A stretch of DNA of 64,000 nt from Octopus sinensis (GCF_006345805.1 NC_042997.1:30132001-30196000); one strand, 5' to 3'; numbered from the stretch's first letter, positions 40,715 through 54,433 are shown. Translations and numbers: made by a program. The notes: a model not told the origin generated them from the sequence alone.

Positions 40715-41424
40715 TGTATGTATGTATGTATCTAAGTATGTATGTATCTATGTATTGCTTTTGCAAAGCCCTTGATATAAAACTGGGTTAAAACAGATAT
40801 CCTTGTACACTGGGTGCCAATGAAATATACAGACTTCTTGATTTAATTGTCAGTTAATAAATAAATTGATCAATTAACTAATTAATTATCCATAAGGAAA
40901 CAAAATACAACCAGTTTTAGTTATTCTCCTAGTATTATAACTCTCGTAACGTACAAGCAATATACATATATGTACCTACAAGCATACGATACATACGCAC
41001 GCAAACATGTATACACACACTATATATAAATTCGCTTGAAATTGTACTTTTCTCTGAATTATTTGATTTTTGAGTTGTAAAGTAGCTGGTACGGAAGATG
41101 CTGTAGTCTCATTTATGCATTTTTTCCCGGTTCTACCTTAAAAGACAGTCATTTAACCATAGAACGAAATCGAAGAAAATCGATCTACAAAACCTTTAAG
41201 GCGACGAGCTTGCAGAATTATTAGCACGCCTTTATGTTCTGAGTTCAAATGCTGCGGGGATGATTTTGCCTTTCATCCTTTCGGGGTCGATAAAATAAGG
41301 ACCAGTTGAGCAATCTGATCGATATAATCGACTAACCCCTAAACCGAAGCAGCTGGTCATATTCAAAAATTTAAAAAGGTTATTATTCTCCTCCCGTACA
41401 ACTTTGTTAACGTTGTGACAAATA

Positions 41425-41883
41425 ATGTATGTATGTATGTATGTATGTATGTATGTATGTATGTATATGTATGCATGTATGTATATGTATGCATGTATGT
41501 ATGCATGTATGTATGTATGCATTTATGTATGCATGTATGTATGTATGTATGTATGTATGTATGCATGTATGTATGCATGTATGCATGTATGTATGCATGT
41601 ATGTATGTATGTATGTATGTATGTATGTATGTATGCATTTATGTATGTATGTATGTATGTATGCATGTATGTATGTATGCATTTATGTATGCATGTATGT
41701 ATGCATGTATGTATGTATGCATGTATGTATGCATGTATGTATGCATGTATGCATGTATGTATGCATGTATGTATGTATGTATGTATGTATGCATGTATGT
41801 ATGTATGTATGTATGTATGTATGTATGTATGCATTTATGTATGTATGTATGTATGTATGCATTTATGTATGTATGTATGTATA

Positions 41884-41908
<25 letters not shown>
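41425..41908. repeat. (TATG/CATG)n microsatellite
   Basis: Direct reading. Confidence 0.96.
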
Positions 41909-41914
<6 letters not shown>

Positions 41915-42167
41915 ATGGTTCAAAATTATACAAGAAAGAAAAGAAAAAGGTAGGGAACAGCAAACAGAATATATTAGATTAACGTTCGTGAAAAACGGAA
42001 AAAAGTCTCTGACATTTCGAGCCTACGGTCTCCTGCGGAATGCAATGTGGAGAGAAAACAGATGGAGGTTAAAAAAATGAATACATATATGTGTGCGTGT
42101 GTCTGTATGCCTGTGCGTGTGTGTATAAAATTGATATATATATGTGTGTGTGTGTGTATGTGTGTGT

Positions 42168-42199
<32 letters not shown>

Positions 42200-42619
42200 T
42201 ACATGGGCATTCGTATTTACACATATCCATTTATATATAAGTTCATACATGCGCACATATACACATAAATATATACATACGTATCAATATACCTATTATA
42301 CTCAACATAATGTGTAACTACTATTGATATCGTCCGAAAAATATAAACACTATAAACTTTTGGGCTTTGTTCCATTGGTTCAAAGCCAATTGGCATTGAA
42401 TAATATACACTCATGTGTGTATGACAGATCCTGTTTCAAAATTCGTTCCTTAGATAAAACACTGTTTAGCTTAGACCGTATCAGAATAATACGAGTATCA
42501 TAGATTATAAAATTCAAATACTATTTGTATATAAGATTAATATCTTTTAACGAAATTGTCACACAGATAATACTAAAAGATAGTATTAACACATGTAAAT
42601 TCTTCTCTCCCTGCCACTC

Positions 42620-43460
42620 GCATAACTTACCATTATATCGAGGAAAAACTTCTCTCGTCCGAAAGCACCCTGTGCCACGCTTCCAGGTTTGACTGTTTCT
42701 TTTCCCTCTATCCAAACTTCTGTAAACAAGAAAAACACTTCTAATGTATTTTCCATTATTTCCTAAACATTTATATCAATTTACTTTTTTCTAAAGTCAT
42801 CGCCCATTGTTACTTCTGTATTCACACCTTTTCTTGGCTCACGTTCATATCCTACACCATTTATCCCATACCGAGCTACCGCAAAACCTAAATTCTCTTC
42901 ATCCATTTATTCAATTCCGTTATGCGTCCCTGGCAGACATTCATATACTCTAAGTACGCATGACCATTCCTTGCCTCGAAATGCAACTTCTACCATATTA
43001 TCGCTGAATATGCCTCTACCTCGAAATCCGGCCATTACCCTATCATGACCCTCTATCACGCATTTACATATCGGACAATATTACGAAACGCCCGGAATCA
43101 ATTGTTCTTCAAATCAGCTGACAGCCAGTAGCTCAACCAGTTCTATATTAACTACCTCTTTCTCCACTGAACCATTTGAAGCATCCAGCACAGTGACAGC
43201 CATGAGATTCTTGTATATCTGCTTTCAACCAAAGTTTACAAACATATATCTATGTGCTTCCTACTTAGCTGAGCCCCAAATGTTCAAACAAAACACACAG
43301 CCTACAGCAACTCTAGAAAATTCCCCCGACTTACAGTCTGGACGGATCTTACACAGTACCACATTTCCTGCAAGACTAATACCCGAACCGTGAAATATTT
43401 CTCTGTGCACTGCACTTGCTGCAAATACTCATGCACCATACATTGCAACCAATTGATTAG
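42620..43460 (-). pseudogene. Heavily decayed LINE ORF, possibly RTE clade
   Basis: Only short patches resemble RTE C-terminal motifs (a GRG.R..TW-like patch and an LRWYG-like patch); many stops. Confidence 0.3.
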
Positions 43461-46267
43461 ATTCTTTACCAAGGGTCTAACGTCATTTCTTCTCTTGTTA
43501 CCAATCATGTGTCCGTCCTCACTCTCAGGCCTCGCACTAGTACTTAAAACCATCCAAAATCCCCCCACCGCCAAAATGCCGACGCACTGGACTTTCACAA
43601 CACTATTCTGTCTAGTTTATCATGTTGATTAAATATATTTCCATCATAAAATTGGTATGGAGAAAGCACACCACTGGGAATATCCTTCTCTAGTAGGTTT
43701 GTTTTTCCCTGATCAATAAAATCTGTCTTCCATTAACTGTCGATGTACCAACTTGCTATAGTTGGTTCCACGTTAAAGATTGCCAGAATCCACAACTGGT
43801 GGACCTGATTCAAAGGCCTTCTAATTATTGCTGTCTTGCTCAATAACTGATCTTTATGTGAATATGAAGTCTGTTGTACATTTGTAGTTTACTTTCCTTG
43901 CTAATACAGCAAAGCATTGGTATACTATAGCTTTGAGATGATTGTTTCCAAACATTGATGAGCAATGCGGGTATTAACTTTCATCTATCAGCACATAGGT
44001 GAATATCTGTAGATAGATTTTGGGTAAATGAAAGATATTTCAAATGAAATATTGTTATATTGTCTTAGCCAATCTCACATATGTTCTGGTTATTTTTAAC
44101 ATTCATATCAATTTAAGGTGGCGAGCTGACAGAATTGTTAGCATGTTTATCGACATTTCATCTGTCTTTATGTTTTCAATTCCAAATCCATCGAGGCCAA
44201 CTTTGTCGTTCATCCTTTCAGGGTCAATAAAATAAGTACCAGTTGAGCAGTGGGATTGATGTAATCGACTTAGCCCCGAAATTGCTAGCCTTGTGCCAAA
44301 ATTTGAAACTAATATTCTCATCAATGGCAATTTGATAAAAGTCCTTTTATGTAGTAACTTGATCTGTAAAATAAAGCAGTCAAACTTTCTTCAAACCCAA
44401 AACATACTATCTTCAAACAAATATATAGCGTATAGTCTGAAAAACTAAACTAGATAGTAATAACCGGATTGTCTTTGGTCACAGATCTACACAAGAAATG
44501 TTGACGAGAAATTAAACAACATCATGAGTAAAACATTATTTCTTGAGCCAATACTAGAAATGAATGTTTAAATAAATATTAATCTACACGGTAAAGACAC
44601 TGAGCTGTCAGAGTCGTTATCAGGTCGAACAAAATGCTTTGCGACATTTCTTTCGACTCATCATTCTCAGTTCAAATCCGGCTGAGGCCAGTTTTGCTTT
44701 TCATCCCTTTCGAAATCGATAAAATATAGTATCACTCACTGAATTCGATGTAATCAACTTACCTTCACCCTCTAAAATTGCTGAACTTGAATTCGAAATC
44801 GGGTGACTGGCCTTAGAAGTCCTTGGTCACAAGATTGTTTTTTTTTATCTAAAAGGTAACAGTTACTGCTGCAAGTAAAATGGTATTATCGAGAGTTCTT
44901 TTGCAAGTTGAGGAAATTAAGGAGGCGAGTAAATTTAACTATTTCTTGTTCCTTCTCTGTTCTGAGGGAAATTGGTATTTGTAGGTAAAAGGTAGGTGAG
45001 ATGTCAAGCACCCGCAATCGAAACTAGGTTGTTGACTCGTCTAACTTGAGAGATTGCATCTTTATCTATAGAAGTCGCTCGCTTCGATGGTGGGATGGTG
45101 AAGCAAAACAATTTTATTAATTTAATCACTGCAAACTTGTTGATTAAATGAGACTTAATACACGTGGAACCTCTAAGACTGCATTATAATTATATTGCGT
45201 AGTACCGTTTACAGGACTACTATTGACGATTAAACCAATAGCCTTCGGAAAGCTTGTATTAATTATATTAGTTACGCAAAATAGAATAGCATTAAAGAAA
45301 AGGAAAAGTAAAGCTTAATGCTAATAATTGCCACGAGAGCCCTCTTAAGATGTTATATTTAGTTACACTATCTATAGAACTATTCATTAGCTGAATTGAC
45401 AATTAAGAAATTGCGATAAAAGCTCATATATCCATTATCAATTGAAAAAATTGCGTTAGAATGAGGGTAAAAAGTTGCTAAAGAAATGTGCCGTCAAATT
45501 AAAGAAATAAGCTCATATCATTAGTTAATTGTTCAGAGATATGTTAGTAAGATTGTACATAAGTCTCTTAAATTGATATGAGGATAGTTTCTTAAACCCC
45601 TTTTTACTCTCCCTAATTTTTTTTCATTGGCTTAGACATTCTCTATAGAATTAGGGTTAGGGTAAGACATTCTCTATAGGGAGTAGAGCCTGTACAAAAT
45701 CACTCATACTCACACATACACACACACACACATACACGCATACAACATATTAGCACATATACATTAGTACATATATCAAAGCAAACACGTGTATTTGTGT
45801 TTGTGATTTATCTGTGTATATATAAACAATATACAGAGGAGTGCACGTATATGAGCATAAACACGTGTAGGTTTATATACTCGGATACTACAATATAAAC
45901 ATATGCATATGTTATATGTCAAATCACACGCAAACACACAAGTCATGCGTATGTACGTGTATACATACAGACGAACATACATGCACATTCATATACAATC
46001 ATTTATATATACACATACAAATTTATATACATCAGTGTGTATATATACATGCATACTAATATATATATATATGTGTGTGCGTATACATGGACACACACAC
46101 ATACACCACACACACACACATATACATATATATATATATGCATAGGTGTACCTATGTGAGTGTATGTATCTATGTGAGCATATGTATGTAGATGCGCATG
46201 TATATAGAGAGAGGTGGGTGAGATTAGAAAATGGTGTCTGAGTGGCTGAGAGCGAATATATATATGT

Positions 46268-47414
46268 GAAGAAGAAGAAGAGGAGGAGGAGGAGGAGGAG
46301 GAGGAGGAAGAGGAAGTAGAAGAAGAGGAGGAGGAGGAGGAGGAGGAAGTAGAAGAAGAAGAAGAAGAAGAGGAGGAGGGAGGAGGAGGAGGAGGAGGAG
46401 GGGGAAGTAGAAGAAGAAGAAGAAGAGGAGGAGGAGGAGGAGCAGGAGGAAGTAGAAAAGAAGAAGAAGAGGAGGAGGAGGAGGAGGAGGAGGGGAAGGA
46501 GAAGAAGAAGAAGAAGAAAGAAGAGGAAGGAGGAGGAGGAGGAGGGAGGAGGAGGGGGAAGTGAAGAAGAAGAAGAAGAAGAAGAGAAAGGAGGAGGAGG
46601 AAGGAGGAAGGAGGAGGGGGGGGAAGTAGAAGAAGAAGGAAGATAGAGAGGAGGAGGGAGAGGAGCAAGGAGGAAGTAGAAGAAGAAGAAGAGGAGGAAA
46701 GAGAGGAGGGAGGAGGAGGAGGTAGAAGAAGAATAAGAGGAGGAAGAGGAGGAGAAAAGAAGGAGGGGGAAGTAGAAGAAGAGAAAAGAAGAAGAAGAAG
46801 AAAGGAGAGGAGTAGAAGAAGAAGAAGAAGAAGAAGAAGAGGAGAGGAGGAAGTAGAAGAGAAGAAGAAGAAGAGGAGGAGGAGGAGGAGGAAGAAGAAG
46901 AAGAAGAAAAAGAAGAGGAAAGTAGAGAGAGTGAGGAGGAGGAGGAAGTAAAGAATAAGAAGAAGAAGAAGAAAGGAGGAGAGGAAGTAGAGAAGAAGAA
47001 GAAGAAGAAGGAAGAGGAGGAGGAGGAAGTAGAAGAAGAAGAAGAAGAGGAGGAGGAGGAGGAGTGAAGTAGAAGAGAAGAAGAAGAAGAAGAAGAAGAG
47101 AGAGGAGGAAGGTAGAAGAAGAGAAAAGAAGAAGAAGAAGAAGAAGAAGGAGGAGGAGGAGAAGTAGAAGAAGAAGAAGAAGAGGAGAGAGGAGGAGGAA
47201 GTAGAAGATAGAAGAAGAAGAGAAGAGGAAGAGGAGGGGAGGAGGAAGTAGAAAAGAGAAAAGAAGAAAGAAGAGGAGGGGAGAGGAGGAGAAGTAGAAG
47301 AAGAAGAAGAAGAAGAAGAGGAGGAGGAGGAGGAGAAAGTAGAAAAAGAAGAAGAAGAAGAAGAAGAGGAGGAGGAGGAGGAGGAGGAAGTAGAAGAAGA
47401 AGAAGAAGAAGAAG

Positions 47415-47445
<31 letters not shown>

Positions 47446-47469
47446 GCAACAACATCAACGACGACAACA
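46268..47469 (+). repeat. ~1.15-kb (GAA/GAG) polypurine tract ending in (CAA)n
   Basis: Almost entirely purine on +, with a recurrent GAAGTAGAAG unit. It explains the 493-aa low-complexity minus-strand ORF. Confidence 0.95.
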
Positions 47470-48132
47470 AGATAGAGCTAGCAATACATATTGAGAAAAT
47501 AAGTTGTCGGTAAACAGGAGCGAAACATAATTAGTCAGTCGCAAAATCGGTGTAGAATTTTAGAGGAATTAATGTTTACTTCAAGAATCTCCATATATCA
47601 TCTTTCTTCTTTTTATGTAAACAACCTGGAGAGAAAGAAGAATAAATTATTGAATCTCTTGAACAAAGTTCAAATTTCGAAATGAATCATCTTTACAAGT
47701 GTTATCTAAATTGTCTACATCTTGAACATAAATAAATAAATAAGTTGCTTCTGTTAATGGTTCAACAGAGGAGGCCGGGAGAGTCTTTGCAATCCCTCGG
47801 CCAGCTAGAAATAGGAGTCAAGTCTTCTTAAATTTGCTCTCATTTATTTTAAAAACCACAATGTATTCTTGAAATTTACTCTTTGGGAATGACCAACACT
47901 ATAACATCTTTGACCATTTTCAATGGGGTTAAGTGACATCAGCAATTAAAAGGTGGTCTTGCTTAAAATATTTATACTGCTTATAATAATCCTTTCTACT
48001 ACAGACACAAGGCCTGAAATTCTGAGTGGGAGTCTGGGACGATTGCATCTATTCCATTACTCAATTGGTACTTATTTTATCGAACCCGAAATGTCGACAT
48101 CGGAACGTAAAGCCTGAAGGTATACCGCTAAG

Positions 48133-48361
48133 GCGGCGAGCTGGCAGAAACGTTAGCACGCCGGGCGAAATGCGTAGCCGTATTTCGTCTGCCGTTACGT
48201 TCCGAGTTCAAATTCCGCCGAGGTCGACTTTGCCTTTCATCCTTCCGGGGTCGATAAATTAAGTACCAGTTACGCACTGGGGTCGGTGTAATCGACTTAA
48301 TCCGTTTGTCTATACTTGTTTGTCCTCTCTGTGTTTAGCCCCTTGTGGGTAGTAAAGAAAT
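48133..48361 (+). mobile_element. SINE family A with 15-bp TSD, inserted into an older antiparallel SINE
   Basis: AGGTATACCGCTAAG at 48118-48132 and 48362-48376. Confidence 0.93.
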
Positions 48362-48639
48362 AGGTATACCGCTAAGCATTTTATTCGGCACTTTAAAGAT
48401 TCTGCCGGCTCGGCGCATTTACTGGTTATTATAGGCATTTGGCCACCAATGTTGAGAAGAGGAGTTTGTCGATGCTATCAGCCACAATTATTTATTTTAT
48501 CGATAACGGAGGACTTGTAGAAAGTAAGGTTGGCACTGGATGGGTGCCTCACAATTCCTTACATAGTCTTGGAAAGGAAAATAGCGGGAACAAGAATCTC
48601 CGAACAAATAACAATATTTATTTCGCCTGAACAAACATT

Positions 48640-49010
48640 TCATCTCTGGAAATCGGTAGCCTGGACGTCTTGGTGTGCGAGAAGCAGCAGGGTTGGTAGT
48701 TAGACACAAAAATACGAAGGCATTTTCAGGGACTCGCAACGTCGCTCGCCGTCAGAATTCCAGGTCCACGGAGCTGGTCTAAGTTGCGTCCTGTCTGGTC
48801 AGAAGCCGGGGCCGAAGAGAGAGAATAGCGGTCAAGCCTAGCTGCTGCTGATGACTGTGCATGCGCATAAGGGGATTCCGACAGGCCTTCCGGAAGGCTC
48901 TAATCCCTGCGCATGCGTGGATGAAAATCCCAAAATGGCGTCTGGAACCAGGCGTCACTACAGACTGAAACGCAAATTTGACTTCGGCGTTATTTGAAAT
49001 CGAACGTAAA
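48640..49010. promoter_or_regulatory. GC/CpG-rich promoter-like island with NRF1-, ETS- and YY1-type motifs
   Basis: TGCATGCGCA at 48858-48867, palindrome GCCTTCCGGAAGGC at 48885-48898, TGCGCATGCG at 48908-48917 and CAAAATGGCG at 48931-48940, set in an AT-rich background. Confidence 0.55.
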
Positions 49011-49786
49011 GAGCCTGATGAAATAACGCTCGGCATTTTGACCAACAACTCTAACGATTCTGCCAATCATTTTGCCGTTTTAGAATAACATAACCGTTTC
49101 TAATAAGGTTACCTTGAGAAAAATTAGTGAAATACTCTTCATGTTCTTGAGCAGCTGTTTTTGTCCTTTTTAATATCTGATGTTAAGGTGACGAGCTAGT
49201 GGAGTGGTTAGCACGTCGGATAAAATGCTTCGAAACATTTCGTCTGTTTTGACCTTTTGGGTTCAAAATTCCAACGAAGTCGACTTTGCCTTTCGTGCTT
49301 TTGGGATCGATAAAATAAATACCGGGTGAACACTGGGATCGATGTAATCGACTTAATCCTTCCCTTAACTTGTTGGCTTTGTGCCAAAATGTGAAGCCAG
49401 TATTTGATATTGTTCCTAATTTCTGCACAAAGCAATATAAATTTGAGCAGGTGGAGGTCAGTCCATGCCATTAGTCCCTGTATCGAACTGGTACTTTAAC
49501 TTATCGACTCCGAAAAGATGAGAAGCTTAGTTGACACTGAGTTAATTGAACTTATAACATAAAGAGCCAAAAGAAAGTCAAGGTACATCATAGGATGATC
49601 AAAGGATTTTGCGAAATATTGGGTACAAATGTTGGCACAAGGCCAGCAATTTCGGAGGAGGGCTCAAGTCGATTACATCGACTTCAGTGCTTTACTGCTA
49701 CGTATTTTATCGACTCTGAGAGGATGTAAGGCAAAGTCGACCTCGGCGGAATTTGAACTCAGAACGTAGCGGCAGACGAAATACCT

Positions 49787-49942
49787 ATTTTAGAGGAATT
49801 AATGTTTACTTCAAGAATCTTCATATATCAACTTTCTTCTTTTATGTAAACAACCTGGAGAGAAAGAAGAATAAATTATTAAATCTCTTGAACAAAGTTC
49901 AAATTTCGAAATGAATCATCTTTACAAGTGCTATCTAAATTG
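49787..49942 (+). repeat. ~156-bp local duplication of 47557-47713
   Basis: Direct repeat with 4 substitutions and 1 indel, 2.23 kb from the first copy. Confidence 0.95.
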
Positions 49943-50423
49943 ATCCCGGTTGCTTTTGAACTGATAAGAGAAAGACGGACGAAATGCCGCTAGGCATTTT
50001 GCCCAGCGTGTTAATGCTGAATCTGTCAAATATTAAGAAGTAACTTCAACCTGCCATATCATCAGTTGTTTCATTTTAGCTTTTGTTTTGTTTAGTTAAT
50101 CACTAAAATTGTATTTAGATGCTACGTTTGATTTTTTAATTCCGAAGAAATCTTTAATTTTAATTAACAAAATCATTTATCATTAAATAAATTATTTTAA
50201 TTAAAGGAGGAAGGACGGCCCGTGACCAATGCTATGCTGGTGATCCGGTCTCTGAAGAAATCGATACTGTTCATGTTCAGCTAGTGCATTTGAAAGACAG
50301 CGTGAGTGAGAGACGTGTTCAAAAGAGAAAAAAAGAGCTGAGTGTGTAAACTGGTACTGGACACACCAACGTAATTCGGAAAAAAGACGCTGAGTTAGTA
50401 GAAATAGAAATCTTGCGTGTCTT

Positions 50424-50621
50424 ATGGTTCTGCAAGTGTGTTGGTGAGTGAATCTCAGTCGAAGTAGTTTGGGTCCGTGAAAATTAAACCGAGCCTGTAA
50501 AATGCAGTTTTGGAAGTGATATATAGGAGGATTTTATCATCGAAGATGTAACTCCTTACATTTGTAGTGAATTAGTAAAAGTGAGGCTTTACTGAAGAGT
50601 TGTTAGTGGGTTTAATATGTG

Positions 50622-50720
<99 letters not shown>

Positions 50721-53700
50721 AACTGGCACTATCATTAGCACGGCAAAACAGATACCGGCATTTCGTCCGTTTTACGTTTCGAATTCATATTTCGCTGTGA
50801 TCGATTTTGCTTTTTATCCTTTTGAAGTGGATAAAATAAAGTGCCAGTGGAGTACCGGGTTCCACGTAATCGATAACCACTCCTCACCTAAAATTTCAGG
50901 CCACGTGTCTAAAGTAAACTGATTATTCTGAGGAACATTTCTGCTGTAGATTGTTGTAATTTTAGTGTATTATTACTATACATATGAATAAGCTGATAAA
51001 TCAATGTTTGTTCTTCTAAGTTGAAGGAGTCGGCTGTAACAAGCATTTTCATCACACCTTACAAAACACTACTTGTCACAGCTTACTTGTTTACAGAATG
51101 TAATCGGGATGTTTAGAAGCTCGATATGTAATAAAGTTTTTATGTTAAACTGGTCAAAACGCCACAAAATCTTATAAAATGCACCATATGGATTATTTTT
51201 TCGTTGGCAAAAGAGGAGATGAGAGACGATGGGAGGGAGAGGGACGTCAAAGCATCAGAGCTGGTTAAAAAAATTCTCAGTATTCTTATTTCTTTACTGC
51301 CCACAAGAGGCTAAACATAGAGGGGACAAACAAGGACAGACAAACGGATTAAGTCGATTACATCGACCCCAGTGCGTAACTGGTGCTTATTCAATCGACC
51401 CCGAAAGGATGAAAGGAAAAGTCGACCATTACTACTCACAAGGAGCTAAACACAGAGAAGACAAACAAGGACAGTACTTATTTAATCGACCACGAAAGGA
51501 TGAAAGGCAAAGTCAACCTCTGCGGAATTTGAACTCAGAACGTAGCGGCAGACGAAATACCTATTTCTTTACTACCCACAAGGAGCTAAACACAGAGAGG
51601 ACAAACAAGGACAGTACATATTTAATCGACCCCGAAAGGATGAAAGGCAAAGTCGACCTCGGCGGAATTTGAACTTAGAACATAGCGGCAGACGAAATAC
51701 CCATTTCTTTACTACCCACAAGTGACTAAACACAGAGAGGACAAACAGGGACAGACAAATGGATTAAGTCGATTATATCGACACCAGTGCGTAACTGGTA
51801 CTTATTTAATCGACCCCGAAAGGATGAAAGTCAAAGACGACCTCGGCGGAATTTGAACTCAGAACGTAGCGGCAGACGAAATACCACTAAGCATTTCGGC
51901 CGGCGTGCTAACGTTTCTGTCAGCCCGCCGCCTTAAATTCTCAGTATTCTGGATGAAGATTGTCGTATGCCATTAAAAACAATAAGGATACAATTTGGAG
52001 TCGGTGTGGCAACTGTACACACAATTATTCATGAAGAGCTGAACTCACGCAAGAGTTGTGAAGAGTTTATTCCTCAGTAAAGAGCCTCCTGGTAAGCGAC
52101 TACTTGACAGAGAAGGGCATCAAGACCGTCACTCACCCTCTCTACTACCCAGATTTTGTTCCCTGTGATTTAGGTTGTCACCCAAGCTGAAGGAGAACCT
52201 CAAGAGTAGTCGTTTTGAAGATGAAGCAGGCTGTGAGAAGAGTCCTCGACACCTTCACATTCGAGGACTTCCATAGATCCTTCATTTATTGGTTGGAGAA
52301 TCCTACTTTGAAGGATATTAAAGTTTTATCATTATTTCTTTTAAATTGATAAATGTCTCTCCTGAAACATTCTGAAAACTTCTGGAATGTGTCTTGTATT
52401 ATTAATTTTATTGTTGTTTATCGCTGAAGGTTAACGTTATTAGAAACTACGTGAGTCTGTGTCTTGATTTTCGTTTTAGAAGTCTCTTTTTGAATTTATT
52501 GTTCCACCTTTTTTCTTAATTGAAAATAACCAGGAGATACGAATCAATTATTTCTGTTACGATTACTTCGGAGCAAAATGTTAAAAGAAAGACTTTTCAT
52601 GATCTACGCTCAATATACTACAATACTTCTTAGAGGAAACAGAAAGAGAAACAATTCTGTATAGACGCTTGTCGTTAAAATGACAGCTTTTGAGCATATA
52701 CCTTTAGGCCAAGCTGAACTCGTTTTAAGAAACATTTGGGCTGACATCAATTTGGAGTGATAAGTCCATAAGTTCGGATACATCTGAGTTATTTTCGCCT
52801 TAGAAACCCTACACGTGAAACACTCCACCATCCCAGAAAGAACTAAGGATTTTACACTGATAACGATCTACCACGTAAAAATTTCAAACATGCAACCAGA
52901 ACTAGAAGCTGCTAGAAATAAAGATTCCGAAGAGAAGATTTTGAAGTGTGGGGGGTTGGAGATTCTGACTGAGGTAAAAAAAAAACAAAAAAACTTTAGA
53001 CATGGACATAACCCAAGGTTTAATAGAGACCTAAGAAGGCAGCAGCTACAGCAGATGGCATTGGAGTGTAAACGACCTCGTTGTTACCACGGCAGAAACA
53101 CTTATCACCTCGAGATTTTCTGCTTCCAGAAATAACTGCATATGACAGCGAGAAGGAGGCTTCTACTACTGCCCTACCAACAACACAAAAATCAACACCA
53201 CTAAAAGGAACAACAACTACAGCATAACTACAACAACAGTATACACCTGATATACCTATATAATCTCCTCTTGAAGGCGGCGGGCTGGCAGAAACGTTAG
53301 CACGTCGGGCGAAATGATTAGCAGTATTTTGTCTGTCGCTACGTTCTGATTTCAAATTCCGCCGAGATCGACATTGCCTTTCCTCATTTCAGGGTCGATT
53401 AAATAAGTACCAGTGACGCACTGAGGTCGATATAATCGATTTAATCCGTTTGTCTGTCCTTGTTTGTCTCCTCTGTGTTTAGCCCCTCGTGGGCAGTAAA
53501 GAAATAAGAAACGTTAGCACGCTGGGCGAAATGTTTCGTCAACCGCTACGTTCTGAGCTCAAATTCCGCCGAGGTCGACTTTGCCTTTCATCCTTTCGGG
53601 GTCGATTAAATAAGTACCAGTTACGCACTGGGGACGATATAATTGACTTAATCCGTTTGTCTGTCCTTGTTTGCCCCCTCTGTGTTTAGCCTCTTGTGGG

Positions 53701-54024
53701 TAGTAAAGAAATATATACTTTCTCCTCTTGTTTCCCATACTGCGTCTCGACGCTCAAAACCTGCAATAGGCCGCTACGTTCAATTCTTTCTACATCAGTA
53801 TGCCAATGCACTAGAATTGCATTCACATAGACAATTTCCTTCCAGATTATTTACTTACAAATCCTTAAACTAGTAATCAACCATATTAGTATCACTACTG
53901 GGCCTGCGAAAGTTGTGCGCACGGTGACTGCGTAATGACAATGATCATGAATTCCGGTATAGTAATTACATATACATCAATGTGCGCGCCCATGGTGATA
54001 TATGGACATACATGCATATATTTA

Positions 54025-54116
<92 letters not shown>

Positions 54117-54210
54117 CATATACACACATACATACATTTATGTGTGTGTATGTATACATATATATACACACACACTCATTCACACACATACAGAAACATA
54201 ATTGTATATA

Positions 54211-54254
<44 letters not shown>

Positions 54255-54373
54255 CACACACAGGCATATTATTTATAGGTATATAGGTATACATGTGTGA
54301 GTGTGTGGGGTGCGTGTGTGTGTGTCTACTCGCGCGTGTGTGTTTGTGTGCGTGTGTGTGTGTTTGTGAGCGT

Positions 54374-54433
<60 letters not shown>

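Noticed and set aside
45989-47470. 493-aa and 221-aa minus-strand ORFs
   Set aside because: Translations of the GAA/GAG microsatellite; no domain content.
51287-51934. Regularly spaced repeats resembling a CRISPR array
   Set aside because: Units are SINE fragments with no unique spacers, no cas genes and a eukaryotic context.
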